Positions 26,217 to 39,581 are shown, numbered from the whole stretch's first letter. The stretch is 62,954 nt of DNA, filler included, from Octopus bimaculoides (GCF_001194135.2; 5 parts of 5 records of this genome joined end to end with filler, not necessarily neighbours in it); one strand, 5' to 3'. Notes: generated by a model not told the origin, from the letters alone. Numbers and translations are program-made.

Positions 26217-26467
26217 ATAATAAACGCATTTTTCCCGAACGCGATGAAATGCAACTCTGAAAAACTGGCTTCTCAAAAACAGACTCATTTTGGTATGTTG
26301 AATCTTTTGTTTATTTTTATATATTTTGACCATACTATACTGATGATCGCAAGTTACATATTGTTGTAATAATCGTGAAATCGTTCGATATATAGTTAAG
26401 TCTGCTTTTGAGAAGCCAGTTTTTGACAGTTGCATTTCCTAGCGTTCGGTAAGAATGTGTTTATTAT
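26217..26467. mobile_element. MITE/foldback element with 69-bp terminal inverted repeats
   Basis: 26217-26285 versus 26399-26467, 8 mismatches in 69 by manual alignment; 113-bp spacer; no clear target-site duplication. Confidence 0.85.
26334..26396 (+). ncRNA. Type I hammerhead-like motif in the MITE spacer (helix II closing pair mismatched)
   Basis: ACUAUA-CUGAUGA-UCGCAAGUUACAUAUUGUUGUAAUAAUCGU-GAA-AUCGUUCGAU-A-UAUAGU. Helix I is 6 bp, helix III is 4 bp, the triplet is AUA, and position 10.1-11.1 is a U.U mismatch. Confidence 0.55.
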
Positions 26468-27380
26468 GGTAGTTTTAGCGTGAGGCATTCTTCTATAGTA
26501 ATGCCCTTATATAAATATAAATAAATATATTCTAGTGGAATAAATGATGGATATTTTCCCTTGTGAGTTTTTTCACGCTAACTACTTGATAAAATTCTTA
26601 TAAAAGATTTTATCCTATTATTGAATTAATCATATATATATATATATATAGTTGAAAAGGGGTTTGATAACTATAAACAATGGGTCCCACTTACCCAAAA
26701 TATCTAAGCCTTTAACCAAAAAAAAAAAAAAGGATGCAAAGAGAATGACAAAATGCATTCAGGGGCTCAATAGAGTTCCCTCTGCGACTCATAAAGCAAG
26801 GTATCGTGTACATTAATCATAAGAATTTAAGAAGAAGAATTTTAAAAAAACAAAAAAAAAACGAAATATAGGAAAACACTAGATTTTAGTTTTGTACTCG
26901 TGAATTGTAAGGTGAAATCCCGTTCGATATAGTTTCTCATTTATCCTTCTAATTTGTATTACAAAGACATTATAAACATAGAGGTCAGCTTCATCAATTC
27001 AATCCAAATCTGTGTTATTTGCTAAAGCAACAATACATATTATACGTGAAATATTATTCAAATAATATTTGTATTGTTTGCATAAAATCAAAGTGCACGA
27101 AACTACTCAGGCTCTCTGTGATGTATGTGTGTATATAGCTTGGATGTATCACAAGTTATATGTTAAACGGAAACTATATAAATGTGGACTATACATATGG
27201 AAAAAAAGTAATAATTTAAACGAATAACGATAAAAATGCGCTTACGCCCATAGTTATAACATCACTATTTAAAATTTCAGAGAGAAAATATCACATTCAA
27301 ATGCTGACTTCATGGAAGTTTCGAACTATTTCTGTACACTACGTTGTCGCAAAATATGTGTAATATTGCTAAACTGGTTA

Positions 27381-27390
27381 GCAGCTTCAG

Positions 27391-27477
<87 letters not shown>

Positions 27478-27540
27478 TAGTAGTAGTGGCTGCAGCAGCC
27501 GCAGTAGCAGTAGTAAGAGTAGTAAGAGTAGTAGTTGTTG
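27381..27540. repeat. (CAG)n-(TAG)n compound microsatellite
   Basis: Direct reading. Confidence 0.9.
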
Positions 27541-28149
27541 AGGTAGCACAGCCACTCTAAAGCGAATTTTCCGTTTCAAGATACCATCTCTATCTCGCGT
27601 GTCTTGGTGGGCCTGTGAAGTGCCATAGAGATATTGCTCCCTCCAGGGTAAAAGTATTATGCACACACATATACATCCCAATTATATATAAAGAGAGACA
27701 CACATATATATTCATACATTCGCACACAAACACACATACACACACACATATATATGTATGTATGTATGTATGTATGAATGTATAACGGTTGCAAAACTTC
27801 ACGTACATAGTATTACTCAACCCATGGCAATGTTAGCGGTATAGAGGAATCGAACCCGTTACCATTTCATCCTTCTAAAGCACATAACTTCGGCTGCGTC
27901 TATCACAAGCCTTGATGTACTTATTAACAGTAACAATAGGACTGCTTCTGTTTTTTATTCTTCATACTCACCAGTTCCATTTCCTTCATGTCAGAAACGC
28001 ATTAGGCAATGTCTGCGGCATCAAGCAGTCTTATATTTAGTCCATAAGTACGAAGAAGTGTATCTATGTCAAAAATCAATAATATTCTAAGTAGATGTAG
28101 ATTTATGTGTTGTTCTATATTGATAAATCTTCTGTTATGATGGTGATAT

Positions 28150-28990
28150 GTCACATTAAACTTCCTGTATATCTTGTACGTAGCTTTTAGGTCATTGCTA
28201 GTTAATGGAATTGCATGCGGTTCACGATATTTTTAAAGATATTGTATTGTGGGGAACAAAGTTTGTTTTCCCTGAGGTAAACCCATCTGGCGTCGTTTTC
28301 TGATTGTTTCAGGATATTATTAATCTAACATTTGAGTTATCAGCAGAATATTTCTACCCAGGAGGTTATAGCTATTCAACTTAGACCAGGTGTATTCGGA
28401 TTGCTTCTGGAGACCACAATAATTATTCCAGTTTTCATGCGCTTGCTCTAAAACCTATTTTCTTCCTTATATTGTTTTATTATATTTTGAGATCCGCCAT
28501 GTTGTTTCTCCGCCCCAACATATTTCTTTCCCCAAGCCTCTTTATTTCTTCTTTCAACAGCAGTTTCCTGTATTTTGCTTATTTCTTTATTTAGCTTCCG
28601 ATAAAGATCTTTCGATTTGTTTCAAGCAGATTTTTTTAATTCGAAAAACAAAATTCGTTGTCTTAAACTACTTAATCCCTTTGGGGCTCCAGCATAGAAT
28701 TTCTGCCTTGCTCGTTTCTTTAAAGCATTTCGTGTGTAGGTTATTTTTATTTTCATTTTGTCTTTTTTGCTGGATATTATTTTTTTCCAACTGACTTCTT
28801 TCCCTATTTCGGGTCTCTTCATATTTAATTGGCATAATCCTGACAGATCAGCTTCCTCTCGTATTTTTCCTCTGCCTTTTCTTTTACTTTTTAAAACATT
28901 ACCTCTAAGGTGACGGTATGCTGTTCTGTAGTTCATAAGAATGGTCTCCGAGTAGTTATTACCTCTGTGCAAACAATTTCTGTTGCACAC
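28150..28990 (-). mobile_element. Highly decayed R4/Dong-like LINE fragment (pre-RT region and RT N-terminus)
   Basis: ADLSGL..., KDLYRKLNKE, NPNTPGL, FTSGKTNFVP resemble R4-type (R)DLSRL, NQKxFYRxL, KAPGPD and WLTxGxTxLxPK motifs; many disruptions. Confidence 0.5.
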
Positions 28991-29141
28991 TAAGAGCCTT
29001 CAACGCGACCGAATCCTTTTGGTACGTTTTCTTTATTCGTACAATTCTCTAAGGCTATGTATTCTTACAGCTACATAGTTATTTTTCTACCACTTTCTAA
29101 TCGTTTCCGAATATATTATTGCTTTCATCACCATCATCATT

Positions 29142-29172
<31 letters not shown>

Positions 29173-29881
29173 CAATCCCCCTCCCCCTCTTCCCNNNNNN
29201 NNNNNNNNNNNNNNNNNNNNNNNNNNNNNNNNNNNNNNNNNNNNNNNNNNNNNNNNNNNNNNNNNNNNNNNNNNNNNNNNNNNNNNNNNNNNNNNNNNNN
29301 NNNNNNNNNNNNNNNNNNNNNNNNNNNNNNNNNNNNNNNNNNNNNNNNNNNNNNNNNNNNNNNNNNNNNNNNNNNNNNNNNNNNNNNNNNNNNNNNNNNN
29401 NNNNNNNNNNNNNNNNNNNNNNNNNNNNNNNNNNNNNNNNNNNNNNNNNNNNNNNNNNNNNNNNNNNNNNNNNTCCCCTTCACATCCCCTCCTCCTCCTC
29501 TCCACCTCCTCCACCTCTTCGTCATCGTCGTCGTCGTCCTCCTCCTCTTCCTCCTCCTCCTCCTCCTCCTCCTCCTCATCATCATCATCATCGTTATCAC
29601 CATCATCATCACCATCACCAGCACCATCACCACAACCAGAATCAGTACCAGTATCACCACCACCACCATCATCATTATCATCACCATCGTCATCATGTTC
29701 TCAACAATTAAGTTCTAGTTTATTTTGGACCACCAGGTGTACCACCATGTTCCTGACATTTGTGTGGCATTGTCTTTTGAAAATGTAGAAGCATATTTGC
29801 ATTTTACAGAAATTTTGGTTTGTTGTGGGATACAACGTTTCTATTCTGATATAATTTAAGTATTAACCTCTCACATTACTG

Positions 29882-29946
<65 letters not shown>

Positions 29947-31157
29947 ATTTTGGTCACATCAACGTAAAGGTATTTTATATATTTTCATAGTGAATTCCTT
30001 TGTCAAAACTAAAGTTTACTACCTCAGATAATTTATAGCTGTGGTGCATTTATCTCATCCATCTGCATATTTTTATAACTTGGCTGAGGATATGAACAAA
30101 TTTAAATTTGTTCCACTGGGTATTATATTTGCTAAATATTTAAAGTCTTCCGTAGAGAGATGATCGGTTATATCATCTTTACACTTTGATACATTTATTC
30201 AACAAGTTTGATTTCTGGTACNNNNNNNNNNNNNNNNNNNNNNNNNNNNNNNNNNNNNNNNNNNNNNNNNNNNNNNNNNNNNNNNNNNNNNNNNNNNNNN
30301 NNNNNNNNNNNNNNNNNNNNNNNNNNNNNNNNNNNNNNNNNNNNNNNNNNNNNNNNNNNNNNNNNNNNNNNNNNNNNNNNNNNNNNNNNNNNNNNNNNNN
30401 NNNNNNNNNNNNNNNNNNNNNNNNNNNNNNNNNNNNNNNNNNNNNNNNNNNNNNNNNNNNNNNNNNNNNNNNNNNNNNNNNNNNNNNNNNNNNNNNNNNN
30501 NNNNNNNNNNNNNNNNNNNNNNNNNNNNNNNNNNNNNNNNNNNNNNNNNNNNNNNNNNNNNNNNNNNNNNNNNNNNNNNNNNNNNNNNNNNNNNNNNNNN
30601 NNNNNNNNNNNNNNNNNNNNNNNNNNNNNNNNNNNNNNNNNNNNNNNNNNNNNNNNNNNNNNNNNNNNNNNNNNNNNNNNNNNNNNNNNNNNNNNNNNNN
30701 NNNNNNNNNNNNNNNNNNNNNNNNNNNNNNNNNNNNNNNNNNNNNNNNNNNNNNNNNNNNNNNNNNNNNNNNNNNNNNNNNNNNNNNNNNNNNNNNNNNN
30801 NNNNNNNNNNNNNNNNNNNNNNNNNNNNNNNNNNNNNNNNNNNNNNNNNNNNNNNNNNNNNNNNNNNNNNNNNNNNNNNNNNNNNNNNNNNNNNNNNNNN
30901 NNNNNNNNNNNNNNNNNNNNNNNNNNNNNNNNNNNNNNNNNNNNNNNNNNNNNNNNNNNNNNNNNNNNNNNNNNNNNNNNNNNNNNNNNNNNNNNNNNNN
31001 NNNNNNNNNNNNNNNNNNNNNNNNNNNNNNNNNNNNNNNNNNNNNNNNNNNNNNNNNNNNNNNNNNNNNNNNNNNNNNNNNNNNNNNNNNNNNNNNNNNN
31101 NNNNNNNNNNNNNNNNNNNNNNNNNNNNNNNNNNNNNNNNNNNNNNNNNNNNNNNNC

Positions 31158-31783
31158 GATAGACTCGGCTGATAAGTGGGCTCGTCCCACACGCGACAAC
31201 AGCCGTTTGACGAAGGTCCACAGCTCTGAAATATCTGGACATTGCATGAGTGCGTGCAGAACGGTTTCGTCGCTCTGACCGCATCTCGGGCAGGTCGGTC
31301 CGGTGGTTTTCGAACCGTGTCTGTAGATCTTCTCTCGAACTGGTAGTGCGTCTCGATAGCATTGCCAAGCCAGGGATCTCTGGAAATTATCCATAGGCCC
31401 CGGCCCGAACGTCGTCTTGAAAAGGCGGGTTAGGAATTTATCGTCGACACCCAGTTTGCCCCGAGAGTGTCGTCAGACCTCCCCTCCACTAGTCCTCTAT
31501 AGAACGCATTGGTCGTTTGGAAGTTGCACAAGTTTGATCCCTAACGGCAGAGCTGTTGTAGAGCTTGGCGACACTCGCGGTGCCAATCGCCCAGTTTCGG
31601 TCTCTTCCTGATCCATGTTTGCAGTTCGGTAAGTGAGACGAGCTGCGGGAAGGCGTGCCTCACAAACGGCGCCCACACCTGTTCACCGTCGTCAATGAAG
31701 TTCCAGAGATGCCGCAGTCTCAGCGCATGTCTGCGCATCATTAACCACGGCATCCCCAGTCCTCCATGTAACGGTTGTTGACA
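31158..31783 (-). mobile_element. Tx1/L1-group LINE ORF2 C-terminal fragment (zf-RVT region with CCHC knuckle), gap-bounded
   Basis: PLHGGLGMPWL..RRHALRLRHLW; AWQCYRDALPVREKIYRHG...CPRCGQSDETVLHALMQCP (C-x2-C-x8-H-x4-C); GC content well above the flanks. Confidence 0.8.
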
Positions 31784-32289
31784 NNNNNNNNNNNNNNNNN
31801 NNNNNNNNNNNNNNNNNNNNNNNNNNNTTAATTAATTAANNNNNNNNNNNNNNNNNNNNNNNNNNNNNNNNNNNNNNNNNNNNATATATATATATATATA
31901 TAGTCATATACATTTACATACACACACACAAATATATGCATATACACATACACACATACATACAATACTACTATTGGATAGCAAAGGGTAAATCTGAAGG
32001 TGGACGAGCTCTATACTATACTCTGATACGTTCTTCACAGAATATACCATAACTAATACTGACAGAGACCAGGAAACCGGTCGAAGTTGCTTTTTACATT
32101 AGAGTACGGTACTGAATTAAAGAATGGAGAAAGTTACATCTCCTTGTTGGCTCCAATTACTTCAATTACCTATTCACACACGACACAAACCCGGAAGTAC
32201 GTATAATACTACTAGTGGATAACACAGAGTAAATCTAGTGGTAGGCAAGCTCTATATAGTCTATTACATTTTAGAACGCTAGCCACTAA

Positions 32290-32460
32290 AACTTTTTCTA
32301 TTTTCTCTCCCTGTTTATTTCTGCGTGTCTTACTGTCGAAGAACGTAGGCTTGAAACGTAAAAGACTTTCTCAATTCCTAAGCGTTAAAATACTACATCT
32401 GTTTGTTGTTTACATAACGGTATTCGTCTTTTGTTTTATGTTTTTTTGTAAATTCTCACT
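32290..32460 (+). repeat. ~170-bp repeat family with fossil hammerhead-like core (probable Penelope-type tail), copy 1
   Basis: ctgtcgaagaacgtaggcttgaaacg; homologous in inverse orientation to 50605-50770 and 57000-57150. Confidence 0.65.
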
Positions 32461-32490
32461 ATACATACGTATATATATGTATTTATAATA

Positions 32491-33456
32491 CATGGTGGTT
32501 GTCTACTCCTTAAACAGAGTTTGACCACCTCCTGCACCTACACCTTAGCCCTTTCATGGCGTCTGATGTGGCTTTTTAAACCAGACAGTGTTTTGAAAAA
32601 ACACCCACACAGATTGCACCTCTGATTTGCACTACCAATACCTGCAAGTAAGTTCTGCTCATTGTGGATCCTAACATGTCTTTTAAGACCCCCATTGGAT
32701 TTGCAAACCCTCTGGCACACACCACATTCAAACGTGTGTACAGACATATAATCAGAATAGCTGGGTGAGGTTTGTTTTCCATGGGTTCGCAGGTGAAATT
32801 TGAGGCCAGCCAAGGACAGACATGGTCTGTCACAGACTGTGCACACAAAAAGGTCCTTGTCATTCACCTTCTCAGTCNNNNNNNNNNNNNNNNNNNNNNN
32901 NNNNNNNNNNNNNNNNNNNNNNNNNNNNNNNNNNNNNNNNNNNNNNNNNNNNNNNNNNNNNNNNNNNNNNNNNNNNNNNNNNNNNNNNNNNNNNNNNNNN
33001 NNNNNNNNNNNNNNNNNNNNNNNNNNNNNNNNNNNNNNNNNNNNNNNNNNNNNNNNNNNNNNNNNNNNNNNNNNNNNNNNNNNNNNNNNNNNNNNNNNNN
33101 NNNNNNNNNNNNNNNNNNNNNNNNNNNNNNNNNNNNNNNNNNNNNNNNNGGTTTATGCCGATAACGTTTCCCCTCTGCAAGCTCACCATAAAACAGCTGT
33201 TTCGGCATGCGTTCATCTGCCATTCGAACAATATGGCCACACCATCTCAATTGGTTCCTCAAAATCATGGCTTTAATTGAGGGGATGCCTGCAGATGCAA
33301 GGATATCTGTGTTTGGAGTAAAAGAATTCCATTTAATTCTTAAAATATGACGAAGGCATTTTTGGTGGAATTTTTCTAACATTTTAAAATGCCTTTCATA
33401 ACAGGTCCAAGTTTCACAGGAATACAATAGGGATGTTAAGACAAATGATTTGTAAT
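32491..33456 (-). mobile_element. 5'-truncated RTE-clade LINE: RT thumb, C-terminus with three C2H2 fingers, stop and short 3' UTR
   Basis: YKSFVLTSLLYSCETWT..LEKFHQKCLRHILRIKW..QLRWCGHIVRMADERMPKQLFYGEL is typical of RTE; after the gap come three C-x2-C-x12-H-x3-H motifs ending at TAG 32538-32540. Confidence 0.9.
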
Positions 33457-33459
33457 ACA

Positions 33460-33521
<62 letters not shown>

Positions 33522-33964
33522 CCTACAAATATACATATATATATACATACGTATAAATATATATACATAAGTATATATATACATATAAACTGTGTATAAA
33601 CTCTGTATTTGGAATGACCAATTTCAAAGACTGTTGGATTTTGCTCATAGGGTATTGGAATCTTAATAATGGATTCACAAATGCAATTACCAATCTTAAA
33701 GACTATAGGATTTTACTCACAAGGTATTGGAGTCTTATATGTATACGATTGTGCCTAAACAATGGATTTACAAATACAATATCCCTACGTTCACTGACTA
33801 CTTCCTATCTTATTTAAACTAACTATTGCCTAACCATCCTCTCACACCGTCTCCAATGAAGGGACATAATAAATATCCTGGAAACAGCGGTAAGACCTAT
33901 TTATAATTGTTCTATAATGTATACAACCTTGGTTTTCTATCATTACGAAAAGTAAATCCTTATA

Positions 33965-34014
<50 letters not shown>

Positions 34015-34434
34015 TATATATATACACGTATGTATATATATACATATGTATATACATATATATATATAATATAAATGCATATATACATACATATATGTAC
34101 ATACCTACATATATATGTATATATACATGCATATGGGTACAGGACATAAAAAAAACGTGAACAAAACGAAAAACTAGGACATAAAATAAAACTTTTTTTT
34201 CGAACAACGAAAGAAACAAATAGAGAAACCAGACAGGCAACATAAAGAACAACCCCTTCATTAGTTATCCCCTGTTTTATCTACACCGCATTTCGAAGGT
34301 TAGGACAAGATGCGACTTCGTTAAAACATATATATATATATATATATATATAGTATATATATGTGTGTGTGTGTCTATGCGTGTGAGTGTGTGTGTGTGT
34401 GCGTGTGTGTGTATATACCTATATATATATACTC

Positions 34435-34768
34435 TTTACTCTTTTTTACTCTTTTACTTGTTTTAGTCATTTGAGTGCGGCCATGATGGAGCACCACCTT
34501 TAGTCGAGCAAATCGACCCCAGAACTTATTCTTTGTAAGCTTAGTACTTATTCTATCGGCCTCTTTGCCGAACTACTAAGTTACGGGGACGTAAACACAC
34601 CATCTTGCGATGGTAGTGGGACAAACATAGACGCACAAACATATACACACATACATTTATATGTACATATATAGGACGGGCTACTTTCAGTTTCCGTCCA
34701 CCAAATCCACCCACAAGGCTTCGGTCCACCCGATGCTACAGAAGAGGACACTTGCCCAAGGTGCCACG
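34435..34768 (-). mobile_element. SINE family B (head missing)
   Basis: Reverse complement of the family B body including cacttgcccaagg (CORE-like). Confidence 0.8.
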
Positions 34769-34839
34769 AATTTTTTTTGCGAACAACGAAAGAAACAAAT
34801 GGAAAACAAAACCTCATACCAAAGATCCCGTCTTCCCCA

Positions 34840-35037
34840 CCTAAAATAAGGACATAGTACTGCAATAGTCTGGGTTTCAAGGGCCCACAATTGTTCAACA
34901 TCTTTCCAGGCAACCTTAGATAACAACATAGTGTTGATGTGGAAGTTTTAAAGAAACGTCTGAACAGGTTTCTATCTGAGATATCTTATGAGCCCACATC
35001 GCGGCAGGAGACGCAAAGAAGAGCAGCCCCGTCCAAT
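34840..35037 (+). mobile_element. CR1-group LINE 3' end, same family as 3500-5065
   Basis: YCNSLGFKGPQLFNIFP..LR..KKRLNRFLSEI..EPTSRQETQRRAAPSN matches the 3' end of the minus-strand copy at 3500-3700. Confidence 0.75.
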
Positions 35038-36289
35038 GGTGTCAATGAAAATTTGAGAATTTATTGGTAGTATTTATGGATAGATGGAGGGAGGAGAAAT
35101 GTGTATGATTAGAAAGAGGAGAAAAGTCAAATCTAAAACAGGAAGAGAAAATGAGATGAAGAAAGAGTGAAAAAGAAAAAAGAAAAAAAGGAGAGAGAGA
35201 CAAAAACAAAGAGTGAAAAAAATGAAGAAATGGTGAAGGAAATGAGAGAGGAAGTGTTAGTTAATGGTCAAGGTATTGTGATGGGAGGATGGGAGAGATG
35301 TGGAGAGGGAGAAGAAGAGATGAGAAGGTAAGGAGTAAAAGAATGTGAGATATGTGAGTAGGGATGATATGACAGAGCTGCATTAAAGTATGGGTAAAGA
35401 AAAGGTAAGGATGGGGTGATACTGAAGTGAGTAGTAGTCTTGGTAGTAAAATTTGAGGTGGAGGGAAGAATACAAGGATGTCAAATTACTATAAATAGAC
35501 GTGTGTGATAGGTTAGTGATACGCACATATTGATTCGTGTGTCCATGTACTCGTAACAGATGACATGAACTACAGAAAACTGTCTTAACATAAAAATGAC
35601 ATCAAGAAACGCATAGATCATATGTATGAATTGTGCAAATACCAAATAAAAGCCATATATCTGTGCACACATTCCTAATTGCTTACATTGCATATTCAAA
35701 CAGTTTAGTACTCATGGCAAGATACACACTGTTCACGGTGGTTGGCCAGCACCGTATTCACAATACCGCTTTTCACTGTATAATAATGATCGTAAAGAAG
35801 AATTGAAAGTAGGAAACATTTCTACTTTGTTTGAAAACTTGGTTTATGTATAGACGTTTAGATGTAACCCTAGGTGTATCAATAACGTCATTAAAAAAAA
35901 AAAAAGAAGTACATGTCAACCTCAAATATTCGTAATAAAACATAAACTTGTCAATATTTCTACATTTCTATCAATATCTAAATTTAAATAAAGATGGGAA
36001 ATAATATACTTATGTGTGTGCGTGTGTGTGTGTGTGTTTGCGTGTGTATACATATAGTTTACTGTTCTATGAAGGTAAGAGCAACAAAAAGTACTCCATC
36101 CAGTGAGAAATAGATATCATTTAATGTACACAGTTTTAAAATAAGAGCTACTAATAGTTTCTTGCCTTGAAGACACGTGGTTAAGCAAGATTTTTTTAGC
36201 GTGACTTGAGTCTGCAAAAACAGGGCATATATATAATCGTCAAAATAGAATTTTGGTTCAGTTTAGCACCCTGAAGCATCAATGATGAT

Positions 36290-36395
36290 GAATATGAGGG
36301 TGAAGAAGATGATGTTGGTAGTAATGAGGATAATGATGATGATGATGACGACCCGACGACGATGATGATGGTGGTGCTGGTGACAGTGGTGGTGG

Positions 36396-36460
<65 letters not shown>

Positions 36461-36467
36461 CTGATGA
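36290..36467. repeat. (GAT)n-rich array
   Basis: Direct reading. Confidence 0.9.
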
Positions 36468-37619
36468 NNNNNNNNNNNNNNNNNNNNNNNNNNNNNNNNN
36501 NNNNNNNNNNNNNNNNNNNNNNNNNNNNNNNNNNNNNNNNNNNNNNNNNNNNNNNNNNNNNNNNNNNNNNNNNNNNNNNNNNNNNNNNNNNNNNNNNNNN
36601 NNNNNNNNNNNNNNNNNNNNNNNNNNNNNNNNNNNNNNNNNNNNNNNNNNNNNNNNNNNNNNNNNNNNNNNNNNNNNNNNNNNNNNNNNNNNNNNNNNNN
36701 NNNNNNNNNNNNNNNNNNNNNNNNNNNNNNCTACAAATTATGAGAAGTGACAATTACTATGTAATTCACACCAGAAGTTGATAGGTATGTGTTTATTTGA
36801 TTTTCACGGGAGCAATAGGCAAAATTGCTTTCAGTTGCATTTCTTTACCTTTTATTCAAGAAAAAGGGTAATGCAGAGGGCACTTTCTCAGGACCTCCAA
36901 GACAGGAAATTAAAAATTTACCCCCACATCTGGTCCTAAAACTCAACAGAATAGTGTCCGCTAAAAACATTTCGGTGTTGGCTAGTGTGTTAAACTAAGC
37001 GATGCATTAGGTCTCCCATATATGTAGTCCATGGACTGATTTGAATATAGAAGGCAAAGAACCAGAAGAAATAAATTAGGCATTTTAAAAATTTCTGCCA
37101 ATCCACTGCTCTAGATTGATACATTTTTATCGCCCATAAAAACGAGGTTGACCTCGTTGGCATTTGAATTTAGAGCAAATAGTGTCTAAACAAATGCTGT
37201 GAGATGTCCTATGCAAAACCGTCAAGCCATCTGGCCACTTAAAATATTCAAAATTTAAATAGTTTTAAATGTCTCAAGGGGAAGAAGGGAACAAATTATC
37301 TTCAGGCTACAGATCTGGACCAATTGATTGAAATGGAATGGATTCTGTTGAGGGTAAACAAGGAACAGGCGACGGTTTTGAACTATACGACGGTTTTAAA
37401 ACAGAAACGGTTTCTCCAATGGGCTTCCCCCCAGTTTCCGTCGACTAAATTTCACTTACAAAGTTTTAGTTGATTCGAATCTATTATAGAAGACATAAGC
37501 CAGTTAAAAGTAGTGAAATCATCGACAAAAAGCATGAATACAGCCAAAAGACAAATGACGAAGCATATGATCGTTTCTAATAATGGTACGAGACCTGTAA
37601 TTTGGTGGCAGAAGCTTAG

Positions 37620-37755
37620 TTGACTAAATCAATTTAACTAATACGTTATTTTATTGATTCCCATTGGAAGAAAAGCTAAGTTGACCTGTGCAGGATTTTA
37701 ACACAGAATTTAAGAGTTAAGCATTTTACCAAACTCTAACGATTCTGTCAATTCT
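37620..37755 (-). mobile_element. SINE family A, degenerate
   Basis: aaagctaagttgacct..aagcatttt..ctaacgattctgtca is the reverse complement of the family A head and body. Confidence 0.6.
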
Positions 37756-37799
37756 TATAAATAACACAGAAATCACTCTTCTCTCCCTCGATAAAAGTC

Positions 37800-38096
37800 T
37801 TATAGCCAAAATCTGCTGACCTCTTCCGTTTTTCATGGTGCCTACGTTTATTTAACACTTTATCCGTGAAATTACATTTCATGGTTATTCCAATAATGGT
37901 GTTAGATATCTACCAAAAAACTGAATTGATGGTTTCTGCAAGTCACGTGAGATATATCAATATACTTGACATATCTCAACATAAAATAGCTTCAAACATG
38001 GCATTTCTCAATAAAAGATAGTTTGGTATAAAAACTGCTTTCCGCAGTAATGAAATTTTGTGTGAATATAGATGATTTCTACAGTAAAAGGGTTAA
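37800..38096. mobile_element. Possible piggyBac-type non-autonomous element end
   Basis: Ends in AGGG-TTAA (38089-38096), the piggyBac terminus plus target site; partner end not found. Confidence 0.3.
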
Positions 38097-39084
38097 TAGT
38101 ATCACACTTTTGATAGAATAGCAAATAGCAAAAAGTTAAATGAAGACGAAACTAATAATAATAATAATAAAGGAAATAGGAAAATTATGTCACTGAAAGT
38201 TTTGTGAAAAAAAACAAAAACTATATGCTCCTATGAGAAACTGTAAATACTTTTACAACTTTTATTTAATCAAAATAAATCATTGAAATATTGTGATTGA
38301 TATGGATATCAGTTCTCAGTAGCTGAAGAAACACATTTTTACACCATTTTATTGTTTGCTTGCTTCACTTTTACTTATCACTACCAAACTATCTCCCTAA
38401 GCTATGGAAAAAATAACGACTAGGCAACATGGGAAATTGTGGAGAACGAGATGTAATTTGATAAATTAATATAAATTTTCTGGACTTACCATTGAATCAG
38501 GTTTCATGACAACAGAATTCCCAACATATTTGATATCAAGTTTAAAAAAAAATCACAGGGACTCAATTCGGTAATGAGACTTAACCACAAGGAAGCAAAA
38601 GTACAGAATATGGCTGTAAGTAAAAACGGTAAGTATAAACAAATGTTCGTGAATGGAGTGGCCTAAATTTTAGTAATTTACAATCAAATAAAACTACTGC
38701 TTCAGCAAGGTACTGGCCTTGATGACTAAAACAAAGAACACGATTATGAACCAACGAGATATCCTGTTAGTAATAGTTCGAAGTGCCAAATATATCGCCA
38801 AATAACAACTTATATTGAAAAAAGAACGAGACATTGTATAGTGTGATCCTAAGTTCACTGTTTTCAAAATACATGGAATGGTAATGGCTAAAATGTTTTC
38901 AATCATACATTTGTTCGATAAGATGGGATCTGGAACTAAGAACTGAACAGCACAGAATTTATTTGCCGATTCTGCATTTTTGCAGAATTCTTTTCAAAAT
39001 CACAATATTTTATGTTATAAATGAGTAGCATAATTTTTTTTTTTTAATGTGATTAACTTTCAAAAACGAGAGTCATACCTACAA

Positions 39085-39270
<186 letters not shown>

Positions 39271-39424
39271 TATATTTTGCCATTCATTTTTTAATTGATA
39301 TATTGTCCTGCACTGATCTACTGGTATAGTACAAAATATAAATTTTGTTTCTAACAAGTTTTTATTAGAATAGTTGTAGTTAAACGAAATCATAACATAA
39401 TAACATACGTAACTAGGTGTGTAT

Positions 39425-39581
39425 GCATGAGTTCAAATTCCGCCGAGGGTGACTTTGCCTTTCATCCTTTCGGGGTCGATAAATTAAGTACCATTTCAAA
39501 CTGGGGACGATATAGTCGACTTACCACTCCCCCAAATTTCAGGCCTTGTGCCTATAGTAGAAAGGATTATTATTATTATTA

